Origin: an uncultured Bacilli bacterium
GTDB lineage: Bacteria > Bacillota_I > Bacilli_A > RF39 > UBA660
Direction of reading: 5' to 3'
Length of the DNA stretch: 60,710 nt
NCBI GenBank assembly: GCA_910577075.1
Contig: CAJTKV010000002.1
Span: 20,455 to 81,164 of the forward strand
Shown here: positions 1 through 10,316 of the stretch, piece after piece
Position numbering within the stretch: position 1 is the stretch's first letter
How the letters are laid out: each line of letters opens with the position of its first letter
Translations under genes and position numbers: made by a program
The notes under the pieces: generated by a model
The model's input: only the letters and a program-made list of their open reading frames with translations
Databases searched by the model: none
Told to the model about the DNA's origin: nothing

Positions 1-2493
1 ATGCTAGTCTTCTTGACTAGCATGAGTTTTATGACCGCTTTAGGTCTATCTTTAAATAATTTACTTACGAAAAAGGGAAGAACCATTCTTACGGCCTTTG
101 CTGGATCTATTGGTATAATTGGTATTGCTCTAATTCTTTCCTTATCTAATGGATTTCAAAACTATATAGATAAATTGCAGGAAGATACTTTATCAAGTTA
201 TCCTCTTACTATCGCCTCTGAAACAATGGATTTTAGCAGTATGATGCTATCGATGATGGAGGCAAGCGAAGCCGAAAATGTCGAAAAGGGTAAAGTAGTA
301 GAATCTCAACAATTCGCATCTATGTTTTCAAGTGTTACTACCAACGATTTAACTAGTTTCAAACACTATTTAAAGGAACATGATAAAGAATTAAGTAAGG
401 ATGTTAGAGGAATAACTTACAACTACAGTATAGATCCAATTATCTATACTAAAAAAGACAAAGATATTTTTCAAGTAAATCCAAATTCGATATTTTCATC
501 AATGTTTGGTGGCAGTTCAATTATGTCGACATTCTCATCAAATTCCAGTGTCTTTGTTCAATATACTGATGCACAAATTGAGGCACTAAGTGAAGATTTT
601 AAAGTTCTTGAAGGTCGTTGGCCAAAGGGATACGACGAGATGATTCTTGTCTTGCCAAATGAAAACTCTATACCCGATATTATTCTATATTTACTGGGAA
701 TAAGAGATATGGATGAACTATACGATATAATGTCTAAGGTTATGACCGGTGAAACTGTCAAAATTGACAATGAACCTCTTGAATTTTCCTATAAAGACTT
801 TTTAAATCTTGAATACAAGATGATTAACAAAACAGATCTTTATAAATATAATAAAAAATATAATATCTATGAAGATATGAGTGATGACGAAGAATTTGTA
901 AAAAAACTTTATGAAAAAGCTTTAAACCTAAAAATTGTCGGAATAGTATGCCCTAAAGAAGGTGGCTCATCTATGATGACTGGGGGAATTATCTATAATT
1001 CCAAATTAGTTGAAAAAATAATAAATGATGCTAGCAAAACCGATATTGTAAAAAAACAATTAGAAAAAGAAGAAATAGATGTATTTTCTAATACGCGATT
1101 TGATTCTAAAAAGAAAAACAATCTTAACTTTGAAGATCTAATATCTGTCGATACTAAAATGTTACAAAGTGCTTTTAAAATGGATATATCAGAAGATGAT
1201 ATTAAAAATATGACAGCCGGTTATATGGAGGAGATATCATCATCCATTACTACAGATATTAAACCAGCTAAAGAATTAGTAACAACATCATTTACATCGT
1301 TAGCTAAAGGAGTATTAAAATATGCCCTTAATAACCCTACTAATACACTTAATATGGGAGATACTACCGTAAAGGTAATTGCGACTTATGATGTCGCACG
1401 AATAGTTGAAGAATACTTAAATACTGATGAAGCAACGAAGATATTTAAAAAACTAGAAAGCGAGTATATCGTTCCTGCCAGTGTTTACAAGACTTCATCA
1501 TCATCTCTGTTAAATGGGTTACTACAAAGCTATATTATGGCCTCTTATCAGACAAACCCATCGCTAACAACAGATCCTAAAAATCCTGTTGCTATAATAG
1601 ATGAAAGTGCTATTAATCCAACTGTCGAAAACTTCATGAAGCAAGCAGTTATAATTGCTACCTGTGAAAAATTAGCCAACTCCATGGTTGAAGCAAAGAT
1701 GAAGAGCAATATACTAACAAAAGTCGGAGAATTGACGACTAAGTTAATGACTAGTATTTCATCATCCTTTAATGTTGATTCCAATAAAATAGCCAGTGCC
1801 TTTAAATTTGATTTAAGTGATAAAGAATTATCTCGTTTAATGGGTGCTATGAACAATACAAGTGATGCCAATCAACATAGTAATTTAATTAATTTAGGTT
1901 ATCAAGATTTAGAAGATCCTACAGCTATATCAGTAACTTTCTATTCTTTTGAAGCAAAGGAAAACTTCCTTGATTTTATCGATAGATACAATGAAGATGT
2001 TAAGAAAAATAATGAAGAAGACAAAGTAATACGCTACACAGATACTATGGGTATATTGATGTCATCTGTTAAAAAGATTGTTGATTCGGTATCCTATGTC
2101 TTAATTGCCTTCGTATCCATTGCCTTAATTGTCTCAAGCATAATGATTGGAATAATTACTTATATCAGTGTTTTAGAAAGAACGAAGGAAATTGGTATCT
2201 TAAGAGCAATTGGTGCAAGTAAACACAACATATCATCAATTTTCAATGCTGAAACATTTATTATTGGATTGCTTTCTGGTTTAATCGGAATCGGCTTCAC
2301 TCTTGCTGTTATCCCAATAATCAATAACATCATTCATAATGTAACCAATAATCTAAATATCAATGCATCAATTCCCATTGTTGCGGCAATCATTCTAATC
2401 ATCTTAAGTGTTATATTAAATTTGATTGGTGGACTTATTCCATCGCGTATGGCAAGTAAAAAAGATCCAGTTGAAGCCTTAAGAACTGAATAA
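1..2493 (+). CDS. ABC transporter permease, MacB/FtsX type (may be 5-prime truncated by the window edge)
   Basis: Open from base 1. First TM 'KKGRTILTAFAGSIGIIGIALILSL', a long extracytoplasmic region, and a C-terminal FtsX bundle with 'ERTKEIGILRAIGASK'. A hairpin terminator follows. Confidence 0.8.
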   Translation: MLVFLTSMSFMTALGLSLNNLLTKKGRTILTAFAGSIGIIGIALILSLSNGFQNYIDKLQEDTLSSYPLTIASETMDFSSMMLSMMEASEAENVEKGKVVESQQFASMFSSVTTNDLTSFKHYLKEHDKELSKDVRGITYNYSIDPIIYTKKDKDIFQVNPNSIFSSMFGGSSIMSTFSSNSSVFVQYTDAQIEALSEDFKVLEGRWPKGYDEMILVLPNENSIPDIILYLLGIRDMDELYDIMSKVMTGETVKIDNEPLEFSYKDFLNLEYKMINKTDLYKYNKKYNIYEDMSDDEEFVKKLYEKALNLKIVGIVCPKEGGSSMMTGGIIYNSKLVEKIINDASKTDIVKKQLEKEEIDVFSNTRFDSKKKNNLNFEDLISVDTKMLQSAFKMDISEDDIKNMTAGYMEEISSSITTDIKPAKELVTTSFTSLAKGVLKYALNNPTNTLNMGDTTVKVIATYDVARIVEEYLNTDEATKIFKKLESEYIVPASVYKTSSSSLLNGLLQSYIMASYQTNPSLTTDPKNPVAIIDESAINPTVENFMKQAVIIATCEKLANSMVEAKMKSNILTKVGELTTKLMTSISSSFNVDSNKIASAFKFDLSDKELSRLMGAMNNTSDANQHSNLINLGYQDLEDPTAISVTFYSFEAKENFLDFIDRYNEDVKKNNEEDKVIRYTDTMGILMSSVKKIVDSVSYVLIAFVSIALIVSSIMIGIITYISVLERTKEIGILRAIGASKHNISSIFNAETFIIGLLSGLIGIGFTLAVIPIINNIIHNVTNNLNINASIPIVAAIILIILSVILNLIGGLIPSRMASKKDPVEALRTE

Positions 2494-2514
2494 AGCACAA
2501 TCGTGCTTTTTTTA
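2494..2514 (+). terminator. Intrinsic terminator
   Basis: Stem agcac/gtgct with a 4-nt loop, followed by a T-run, directly after the stop codon. Confidence 0.75.
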
Positions 2515-2571
2515 TTGATTATTCATCGATAGTTTGTTATTATATACAATAATTCTAAGGGGGACTCTGTC

Positions 2572-3753
2572 ATGAAATACTATTACATGGATGAAAATGA
2601 AATAGCAATACGTACAAAGATAAAAAATCTCACAGCTATTTCTACAAATTTAGTCAAAGAAACAGGTCTTGTCTTTCTAACATGTACAATGGAATCTGGA
2701 TTAACTCTTTCATTTTCTAGCAAAGATAAATATTTTCCCTTATTCCTAGATACTCTTTCAGCTGTCTATGAACGCGAAAAAGATCAAAGAAATATTATAA
2801 TATTCGATGATTATACGGAAGATCTATTAAGGGAAAAGTATCAACATGTCTATAAGGAAACATTTGATGAACATGAGCCCTTTGAAAACGCCAAAATAGA
2901 TTATCAGAGATATGATTTAAATTCCTTAATGCCGATAATATCTGAAATATTATCCATCATGTATGCCATTGAAGGTGTTCCAGTTGAAGAGTTCATTAGT
3001 TTAACAGGTATTCGCGATTATTTTACTCTCCGAATAAAAGTCTTCGGCAAAGAAAAATTAATCCCGATAAAATTTATGAAGAAAGATGACTTTAGTTATA
3101 ATATCATTCTTGGCAATGTCTATGGTCCGAGGTCCATTAATGCCGCAATTGATTTTTTAAATTATGGAATTAATATTCTTTGGGATGTGGCAGGCGCTCA
3201 AATCAACGGGACAATCAAATTCACGATAGAATCTTCCATAAAAGAAGTGATTGATGTAATCCATAAAGATCAATATATCTACTATAATGAAAAAGAATAT
3301 AAGCCTCTTGAAGATAGTAATTTGCCCCAAACTATAAAACAAGATTATCCAGGATATGCTATCTATAGTTTGGATAATAAACTATTTATAGCTGCATCAA
3401 GAGAAAATAATAAAAGCGATGTTCATTATATAAGTGATGTCGAAAACATCAAAAAAACACGTATCTGTTATAAAGAAGAGTCCGATCTTGATGGGGTAAT
3501 GCTTCCTATCTTATCGAGCAAAAGGGTTATTGAAGAATATAGAATTGATGATAATCTATCCCTTATTCAAGAATTCTTTACTTATATTCCTTATGAAGGA
3601 GAATATTATAATGAAGTCCTGCAGAATAAAGTTCAATTTAGGATTGTTGAAGATGGCATAACATATTATCCTAAAGATCAAGATTCCCTTGGATACATAA
3701 AGAGTTTAGATGCCAGTATGATGAGAAAAGTTGTAGAGGAGATGAAGAAATAA
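2572..3753 (+). CDS. Hypothetical protein, first gene of a coupled operon
   Basis: 393-aa ORF with RBS 'aaggggga' upstream. Its stop overlaps the next start (TAATG). No motif recognised. Confidence 0.65.
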   Translation: MKYYYMDENEIAIRTKIKNLTAISTNLVKETGLVFLTCTMESGLTLSFSSKDKYFPLFLDTLSAVYEREKDQRNIIIFDDYTEDLLREKYQHVYKETFDEHEPFENAKIDYQRYDLNSLMPIISEILSIMYAIEGVPVEEFISLTGIRDYFTLRIKVFGKEKLIPIKFMKKDDFSYNIILGNVYGPRSINAAIDFLNYGINILWDVAGAQINGTIKFTIESSIKEVIDVIHKDQYIYYNEKEYKPLEDSNLPQTIKQDYPGYAIYSLDNKLFIAASRENNKSDVHYISDVENIKKTRICYKEESDLDGVMLPILSSKRVIEEYRIDDNLSLIQEFFTYIPYEGEYYNEVLQNKVQFRIVEDGITYYPKDQDSLGYIKSLDASMMRKVVEEMKK

Positions 3754-5903
3754 TGGGTTTTTTAAAGGACAAAAAAGAATTGACAGAATTAGAAAAAATA
3801 AAAATATCTATCAAAAAGAATCCCTATTTAAGTAAAGAAAACAAGGACTTCCTATTGAATGTTGATCCAGAAATGTATAATTTTAATAGTGAGGAAAATT
3901 TTATTAACGTCATAAAGACTATTATTAGTAATAAGAATTTATGTGAAAGAGACATGGAAAAGACCTTGAATGAAGTCCTAGAGATATATAGGATATTCGA
4001 ACTATATGACTACCGTTTCAACCAGTTTCTCTTACTATTTATGCCTAATGGCATTTATGAAAGGAATATTTTCTCAACAGAGATATTATCTCATTTTGAA
4101 AGAATTGAAAATTATTATTTAGCAATGAATTTGCTTATTAAGCATGATATAACTTTAAAAAATTTTCAAGAAACAACGCGACTTATATCTGCTCTTGGTA
4201 TCTATACCACCAATGATATCGAATTGAATTCTATGCTATCTCATTTTTTGACAACAGCTAATTTTATGGAAAATTATTCTGATAATGTCGACTATGCTAT
4301 CGAAACAGCAAAGAGAAGAGCGGGGGTCTATGATAACTTATCAGATGATTACCTAGCTAAGATGGAAATGCTTGTTAATAAAAGTGTTGCTACTGTTGAT
4401 ACATATAAAAAAGAAGAAGCTAAAATTAAAGCACTAAATGAAAATTTGCGTTCACTTAGACTAGAAGTACAAAAGGTAATCAAGGCCTTTGATGAGAGAA
4501 TTCTTGGCATAGATGAAGAATTTAGAAAAATTTCTAATAAGCATCAGGGAGATATTGATGATAAATACTTAGAACTATATGTAAAATTGCAAGAAGATTT
4601 TGGAGTTCTTATTGATAAACTTGATGAAAAAGCCAATAATGAAGCTAAAAAGGCTGCTCTTGCTGCTGTTGCTAGATTAGAAGAATCAGCAAAAAACTTA
4701 TCTAATTTGGAAACGCAATACAAGACGAAGACCAAATCAGAAATAGAAGGTCTTGAAAGCATTAGACAAGTAGCAACAGAAGAAGTCGAAAAAGGCTTAA
4801 AAGAAATAAAAAGTATTGTTAGTCGTCTAAATGTTGATGAGTCAGTGGATCTAAGCAAATTGAGTACCCTATTAAAAACTGATGCCAATATTGTTGTTCC
4901 AAGTCAATCTATTATCCTTCCTAACCAAGAGGGAATTGTCTCAAATGAATCCATTGATGAGTCGAAACTTCCTGAAATTCTTCCATGTTTTCAAGATTCA
5001 ATAATTTTTCAAAACCGCTTTAAGATGTTGCTTGATCGTAAGGCCAAATTAGAGAGTGAAGGAGAAGTATACAACGAAGCAATAGATGACTGTATTTACT
5101 TCATCTTAAGAAATTTCTATCCATACTTATATGGACCAAGTGGAGCTGGAAAAAATTACTTTGTCAAACAACTAGGAAAATTATTTGACCTTCCCGTTAT
5201 GAATATCGGATATATTACCGAAGAACATGATATAGTTGGTGGAAAAACAGCTCATGGCGGATATTCGCCATCCAACTTTTATAATTGTTGGTTAAACGGT
5301 TACATCGGATTTGCCAACGAGCTTGATAACAGTGTTGCTCAAGCAGCTATTAAATTAGGCGAATTTTTAGATGCCGAAGTTGGAGAAGAATATATCTTCC
5401 CAGGATTAAGATATGTAAAAAGGCATCCTAATTGTCGTATTATTGCCGCAGGAAATACTGCTGGTATGGGAGCAAATCGTGCTTATAATGCGCGTCAAAA
5501 ATTTGATGAATCCATTCAGCAGAGATTTAAATACGTCAAATTTGATTTTGATGAAAAAGTTGAAAAAAGTATTTTAGAGGGACACGAAGAATGGTATGAA
5601 TTTGCTATGCTATTTAGACAGGCCATCAATAATTATTATCAATTTAAGCAAGATGAGGTTGAAGGTCAAATAACTACACGTGATCTTCGTGATTTGAAAA
5701 CGGAAATCGAAGACGGCATACTTACGACCGAAAAAATCTTGTGCTATGAATTTATTGAAGCTAAAAAATCAGATTGTTTAGCTAATATTATCTCCTATAT
5801 GAATGATAACACCAAGGACGCAAGCACCAAGGCTAAAACATTAGTTAAAACATTTGAAAAGACTGTTCATGAAATGCATCCTGAGGTAAGAAAAAATGGA
5901 TAA
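3753..5903 (+). CDS. Coiled-coil protein with a C-terminal AAA_5 (MoxR/CbbQ/NorQ-like) ATPase domain
   Basis: Walker A 'YGPSGAGKNYF' (about nt 5133-5156), Walker B-like 'GFANELDNS', 'HPNCRIIAAGNT' (matching the AAA_5 'hpnFrviat.N' pattern) and 'ESIQQRF'. The central ~200 aa are K/E-rich and heptad-like. Confidence 0.7.
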   Translation: MGFLKDKKELTELEKIKISIKKNPYLSKENKDFLLNVDPEMYNFNSEENFINVIKTIISNKNLCERDMEKTLNEVLEIYRIFELYDYRFNQFLLLFMPNGIYERNIFSTEILSHFERIENYYLAMNLLIKHDITLKNFQETTRLISALGIYTTNDIELNSMLSHFLTTANFMENYSDNVDYAIETAKRRAGVYDNLSDDYLAKMEMLVNKSVATVDTYKKEEAKIKALNENLRSLRLEVQKVIKAFDERILGIDEEFRKISNKHQGDIDDKYLELYVKLQEDFGVLIDKLDEKANNEAKKAALAAVARLEESAKNLSNLETQYKTKTKSEIEGLESIRQVATEEVEKGLKEIKSIVSRLNVDESVDLSKLSTLLKTDANIVVPSQSIILPNQEGIVSNESIDESKLPEILPCFQDSIIFQNRFKMLLDRKAKLESEGEVYNEAIDDCIYFILRNFYPYLYGPSGAGKNYFVKQLGKLFDLPVMNIGYITEEHDIVGGKTAHGGYSPSNFYNCWLNGYIGFANELDNSVAQAAIKLGEFLDAEVGEEYIFPGLRYVKRHPNCRIIAAGNTAGMGANRAYNARQKFDESIQQRFKYVKFDFDEKVEKSILEGHEEWYEFAMLFRQAINNYYQFKQDEVEGQITTRDLRDLKTEIEDGILTTEKILCYEFIEAKKSDCLANIISYMNDNTKDASTKAKTLVKTFEKTVHEMHPEVRKNG

Positions 5904-6810
5904 GTATTTTCGTGTATATAAGGATATAGACGGATCTACTATTTTTCGTTACCATTTTCCCTCTTTAATAGAGTTGGTAGAATATTTGAAAACGGCAGAA
6001 CCGCATCGTGAAATATTTCCTACTTTGTATTCTGAATTGCCAGATGATCCGCATGAACACTTTCGCGGCGAGTCATTAGAAGATACTCTTAATCATCTTA
6101 TTTATGGCTATGATCAAACATATGAAAAATATCGCGAGAAAAGTAAGATGGGAGAAATAGAGATAATTCAGGAATCTGACTTTGGTCGCATGAAATCTGT
6201 AAGAGGATACAGTGGTTCTCGTGTAGATATCAATGCCTATCTTAATGGTGAAGAAAAATGTATGCTAAGAGCTGTAAGAGGTGCCCCAAAGCAATTTAAG
6301 ACAATTAATTATGACCTATCTCACAAATCTCATTCCTCTGAATCTGAAATATTTAATCGCGGAGCAATATGTATGCTCCTCATAAATGCCCTTGAAAAAA
6401 ATAATATAAGTGTTAACTTAAATTGTTTTCATCTACTCGAACAGAAACTGAAGTCTAAAGATGGAAAAAGGGAAATTATCTATATAACTATCAACTTAAA
6501 AGACGTCGATATGGCCTTGAATGAACCTATGTGTGTTGGACCATTCAGCCGTGTCGAGTTCTTAAGAAGAGTAATCTTTCGTCTAGTAGAAACGACACCA
6601 GTTAGTCCAGATTGGCGCGTAAGCCACGGGTATCTTTTAAAAGATCACAAAGAAATTGAAAGAATAATTGGTGCCCAACCCGGTGATTTAACATTTCACG
6701 AACTTGGATCAATGGGCATCAAGGGTGAAGATTTTATCACAGATTTTGAAACGGTTATAAAATATTTTGAATTAGAAGATGTCGTCAAATTGAGAAAAAC
6801 ATTGAAATAA
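5896..6810 (+). CDS. Hypothetical protein, possible divergent vWA-like partner of the AAA_5 ATPase
   Basis: The start overlaps the upstream gene by 8 nt. 'KTINYDLSHKSHSS' followed by the helix 'IFNRGAICMLLINALEKNN' and the strand 'ISVNLNCF' loosely resembles a vWA beta1-MIDAS-helix-beta2 arrangement. This is a weak resemblance. Confidence 0.3.
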   Translation: MDKYFRVYKDIDGSTIFRYHFPSLIELVEYLKTAEPHREIFPTLYSELPDDPHEHFRGESLEDTLNHLIYGYDQTYEKYREKSKMGEIEIIQESDFGRMKSVRGYSGSRVDINAYLNGEEKCMLRAVRGAPKQFKTINYDLSHKSHSSESEIFNRGAICMLLINALEKNNISVNLNCFHLLEQKLKSKDGKREIIYITINLKDVDMALNEPMCVGPFSRVEFLRRVIFRLVETTPVSPDWRVSHGYLLKDHKEIERIIGAQPGDLTFHELGSMGIKGEDFITDFETVIKYFELEDVVKLRKTLK

Positions 6811-6861
6811 ATTAAAAAAGTGTTATTATATATAACAAAAAAGAAAAAAAGGAGAAGTATT

Positions 6862-8223
6862 ATGAAAAATACCGAAAGAGAAATACCTAAATTGAGTATT
6901 GAAGAAGCACAATTAATGACTCCACAAGAATTATTAGAGAAATCTCAAAAGGGAGAATTAGTAGTTGGATGTGAATTTTCCGAAGCTGAGCAAGCTAAAG
7001 TCGACAAATTAGCTAATCAAATTGATATTCATGATCGCTTAGGTTTAATATCATATGGTTCAGAAGCTCAAAATAAATTAATCAAGGTTTCTGATGAGCG
7101 TTTATCCAAATATGATACGACGCAATTAGGAGAGACGGGAAAAGCTTTAGTTCAAGTTGTAACAGATTTAAAGACATATGATCCTAGCATAGAAAATCAA
7201 TCTAATGTATTAGTTAGATTATTTATGAGAAAAAAACAACAATTAGAACAAGCAGCTGTAGCAGCTAAGACATCATTCAGTAATATTTGTAAAAATATTG
7301 ATGAAGTTGATAAAATACTTGAAAATGAACATTATATTCCCCTAACTACAGAAGTTAAATCCTTCAGAGAAATCAGTGTTTTATTAGGTACAACATATCG
7401 CGAATTATCTATGTATATTGCTGCTGGACAAAAGAGTTTAAACCACGCTAAAGAAGTTGAACTACCAGAATTAGATAGAAAGGCACAAGAGACTAAGTCT
7501 AATTTAGATGTTCAAATGCTTCAAAATGCCGCTAAGGACATCAATGATTTTGAGGCAGGGCTTTTTCGCTTAGAGACTTCCAGAGAACAATGTATGTTTC
7601 AAATGGCCTTTGTTCGAAAACTAGAAGATATCTATCTTGAAACAGCTAGACAAATACAGGATTTAAGGATAAATACTATTCCCGCTTGGAAGACCCAAAT
7701 GCGTTTAAATCTAGGTATGCAAGATGCCTTAAATGCCCAACATAGTTTGGAAGTAATACGTAAATTTGCCAATGAAGTTCACTTAAGATCAGCTGAACAA
7801 TTACGCGAATTAAATGCCCAAACCGCACAAAATATGAATAAACCAGTCATTAGCATCGAAACTTCAGTAAAAGTTAACGACATTGTAAAAGATATGCTTA
7901 ATGATGATATAAATATTCTAAATCAAAATATGCAAGAGATTCACGAGGGAAGACAGATACTTAGACAAATAGATGAAAGTCGTAATGAAGCCCTACGTAA
8001 CTATGCTAGAAATATTGCTCAAGTTGCCGTTCAACATGCCTATACTTCTAGTGACCCTTACCGCCATAGTACAAACCCAAGAGATTCATATGATTCTGAA
8101 AAAGAAACGGAAATTTATGTAGTAACAGGACAAGCTGAAGAAACTATCCCAGATAGAAATGCTGAACTTGATGGTATGAACGAAGCCACTGGAGATGAAC
8201 CAAAAAAGTATACATTAAGCTAA
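6862..8223 (+). CDS. TelA/YaaN-family (toxic anion resistance) protein
   Basis: 'VDKLANQIDIHDRLGLISYGSEAQNKL', 'YIAAGQKSL' and 'IPAWKTQM' align with B. subtilis YaaN as I recall it. RBS 'aggaga' lies 7 nt before the ATG at 6862; the ORF-track start at 6820 lacks an RBS. Confidence 0.85.
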   Translation: MKNTEREIPKLSIEEAQLMTPQELLEKSQKGELVVGCEFSEAEQAKVDKLANQIDIHDRLGLISYGSEAQNKLIKVSDERLSKYDTTQLGETGKALVQVVTDLKTYDPSIENQSNVLVRLFMRKKQQLEQAAVAAKTSFSNICKNIDEVDKILENEHYIPLTTEVKSFREISVLLGTTYRELSMYIAAGQKSLNHAKEVELPELDRKAQETKSNLDVQMLQNAAKDINDFEAGLFRLETSREQCMFQMAFVRKLEDIYLETARQIQDLRINTIPAWKTQMRLNLGMQDALNAQHSLEVIRKFANEVHLRSAEQLRELNAQTAQNMNKPVISIETSVKVNDIVKDMLNDDINILNQNMQEIHEGRQILRQIDESRNEALRNYARNIAQVAVQHAYTSSDPYRHSTNPRDSYDSEKETEIYVVTGQAEETIPDRNAELDGMNEATGDEPKKYTLS

Positions 8224-8247
8224 AGACAATTTAATTGTCTTTTTTTA
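8224..8247 (+). terminator. Intrinsic terminator
   Basis: Stem agacaat/attgtct with a 3-nt loop, then a T-run. Confidence 0.8.
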
Positions 8248-8322
8248 TGTCAACAAAGTTATAAACATTCAATAATCTCTAGAAATAATGATATAATGTT
8301 AATAGCATAAGGAGGTGTAGAT

Positions 8323-10110
8323 ATGGAACCAGTTTCTAATGATAAACTTTATGAAGATTACTTAGATCATAATTTATTTTATACTAAATCTGAATTTTTA
8401 TCGGAATATGGCGATTCCTATAATGTCTACGCCAACAATACCTTAATAATGAAAGATGAAGAATTATTTAAAAAATATAAAGAATCAGAGTTAATGCATT
8501 TCCGTACACAGATGGGCTATTCAACTGTCAGCAAGAATCTCTTATTAGATTTACTTACAAAAGAGGGCTTAAGCCAATATTTACTTATGCATATGAATGA
8601 TGATCAGGGAATTGTTATCCGCATGAGTCTTGTAAAAGATGGAGAAATAAAAGATTATCTTGCAATCACTCGTGCCACTTTAGCTAAAGCTATTGGTGAT
8701 TTTAGCAAAGAAATATCTGTAAAAATACCTAATAAAGTTCAAATGCGCATGGCTTTGCTTACCAACCTTTCCACTGTCTATTCTCTAAAGCAAAACTATG
8801 CTAACGAGATACATTCATGTGTTGTTGATGGGGATATATGTGAAATTTCTTGCTTAGATTTATATGACATTTTAAATAGGAATGACGAAGAATATAAAAA
8901 ATTTCTGGAAGAAGATAAGGATATGACATTTATCGTGAATGGTGAGGAGAAAACTTATCCTAAACGCGTTGTTACCTACATGCTAATTAACTTTATCGAG
9001 CAGCAAAGAATTTTAGAAAAATATCTTCTTCCTGAAATTGCCTTGAAACGCTATATTGAACTACATAGCTATACACAAATTGACTATGAATCAATCAATA
9101 AATATGAAAAGACAAATGATGATTACGATAATGGCATAAGTATAAGTGAAATGATAAATTTAGATGAAAATTTGGAAAATGCCGTTCTTGAAGGTATGAA
9201 TCCGACTTATTCTCTTTTAGAAAAAGCTATCTATATCTATTATAAATTATGTGAATTATTGAGTTATGATCAAGAATACTATGCTGCTAATCAAAAGGGC
9301 AATGAAGCCGAAAGGCACTGTGATATAAATCGCATTAATAGTATAAATTTGGAAAATAACGAGGTGGTTTGCTACGAATTTATTGCCATATACTCGTATT
9401 TCCTAAGGAAGCTTGGTATAAAATATACTGTTGATAATGCTGTTCAAGACGAATACGGAAAAGGTCATTCAACCATCAGTTTCAAGGTTGGAGAGTACCT
9501 AATAACTGCCGATTCAACTAGAAGTATTTTAAGCAATGATATGACAAGTGCTAAGATAGGAGCTCCATTAATAGGTATGCGTTTAACTAATAAAAACTAT
9601 GCAACTCGCAATAAATTCTTGGAGACATATAATAAAGTTATGGAAGATATTCAAAACACCAAAAAGAATAAAAAAATATTTGCTGACACTCTCAGGGAAT
9701 ATCGCGAAAAATATGCCAAAAAACATCTAAATAAAAAGGAAAAATTATATCTATTATTTAAAGAAATTGGCGAAACCAAATTAAAGGGAATAGATGTCAT
9801 AAGTGTTCATATGCGCATCTATGAGCAGATGTTTAAAAATGATGAAGATATAGATATAAATTTTATAAGTAGTACAGTAAATGCTTACAAAGATTACAAC
9901 TATACGCCATTAACTATATTATCAGTAAGAATAGCCCCTGATGATTACATTTATTATCAAATTGATCCTAATAATCCAAATCTTGTAGAGACTATATCTA
10001 AAGAGGAAATCGAGGAGTTATTTGAAAGTCGTGATTTTGCCTATTTAGGAAGAAAAAATAAAGAAATACCCGGTATTAATCTAGGAAGCAGGGAAAATTA
10101 TGTTAGATGA
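8323..10110 (+). CDS. Hypothetical protein with a transglutaminase-like Cys-His-Asp core
   Basis: RBS 'aaggagg'. 'VVCYEFIAIYSYFLRKLGIKYTV' (Cys350), 'GKGHSTISFKV' (His382) and 'ITADSTR' (Asp397). The spacings C-32-H-15-D are typical of transglutaminase-like cysteine peptidases. Confidence 0.45.
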   Translation: MEPVSNDKLYEDYLDHNLFYTKSEFLSEYGDSYNVYANNTLIMKDEELFKKYKESELMHFRTQMGYSTVSKNLLLDLLTKEGLSQYLLMHMNDDQGIVIRMSLVKDGEIKDYLAITRATLAKAIGDFSKEISVKIPNKVQMRMALLTNLSTVYSLKQNYANEIHSCVVDGDICEISCLDLYDILNRNDEEYKKFLEEDKDMTFIVNGEEKTYPKRVVTYMLINFIEQQRILEKYLLPEIALKRYIELHSYTQIDYESINKYEKTNDDYDNGISISEMINLDENLENAVLEGMNPTYSLLEKAIYIYYKLCELLSYDQEYYAANQKGNEAERHCDINRINSINLENNEVVCYEFIAIYSYFLRKLGIKYTVDNAVQDEYGKGHSTISFKVGEYLITADSTRSILSNDMTSAKIGAPLIGMRLTNKNYATRNKFLETYNKVMEDIQNTKKNKKIFADTLREYREKYAKKHLNKKEKLYLLFKEIGETKLKGIDVISVHMRIYEQMFKNDEDIDINFISSTVNAYKDYNYTPLTILSVRIAPDDYIYYQIDPNNPNLVETISKEEIEELFESRDFAYLGRKNKEIPGINLGSRENYVR

Positions 10111-10312
10111 ATTACAAACTAGAGTCGAAGAATTATTAGCTAAATGCCAAGAAGATGATCGCGAAAAGTATCTTCTAATAAAGATAATAATCTCTGATAA
10201 TGAGTGGTTAAGCAAAGTCGATGTCGATGATGCAATAAGCATTCTAATTGATCTAGAATATACCAAGGAAGAAGCCATGGATATATATATGAAATTGAAA
10301 GGTATAAATTGA
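10100..10312 (+). CDS. Small hypothetical protein (70 aa)
   Basis: The ATG overlaps the upstream stop by 11 nt, with RBS-like 'agggaaaa' upstream. Helical, acidic composition. Confidence 0.5.
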   Translation: MLDELQTRVEELLAKCQEDDREKYLLIKIIISDNEWLSKVDVDDAISILIDLEYTKEEAMDIYMKLKGIN

Positions 10313-10316
10313 TAAT

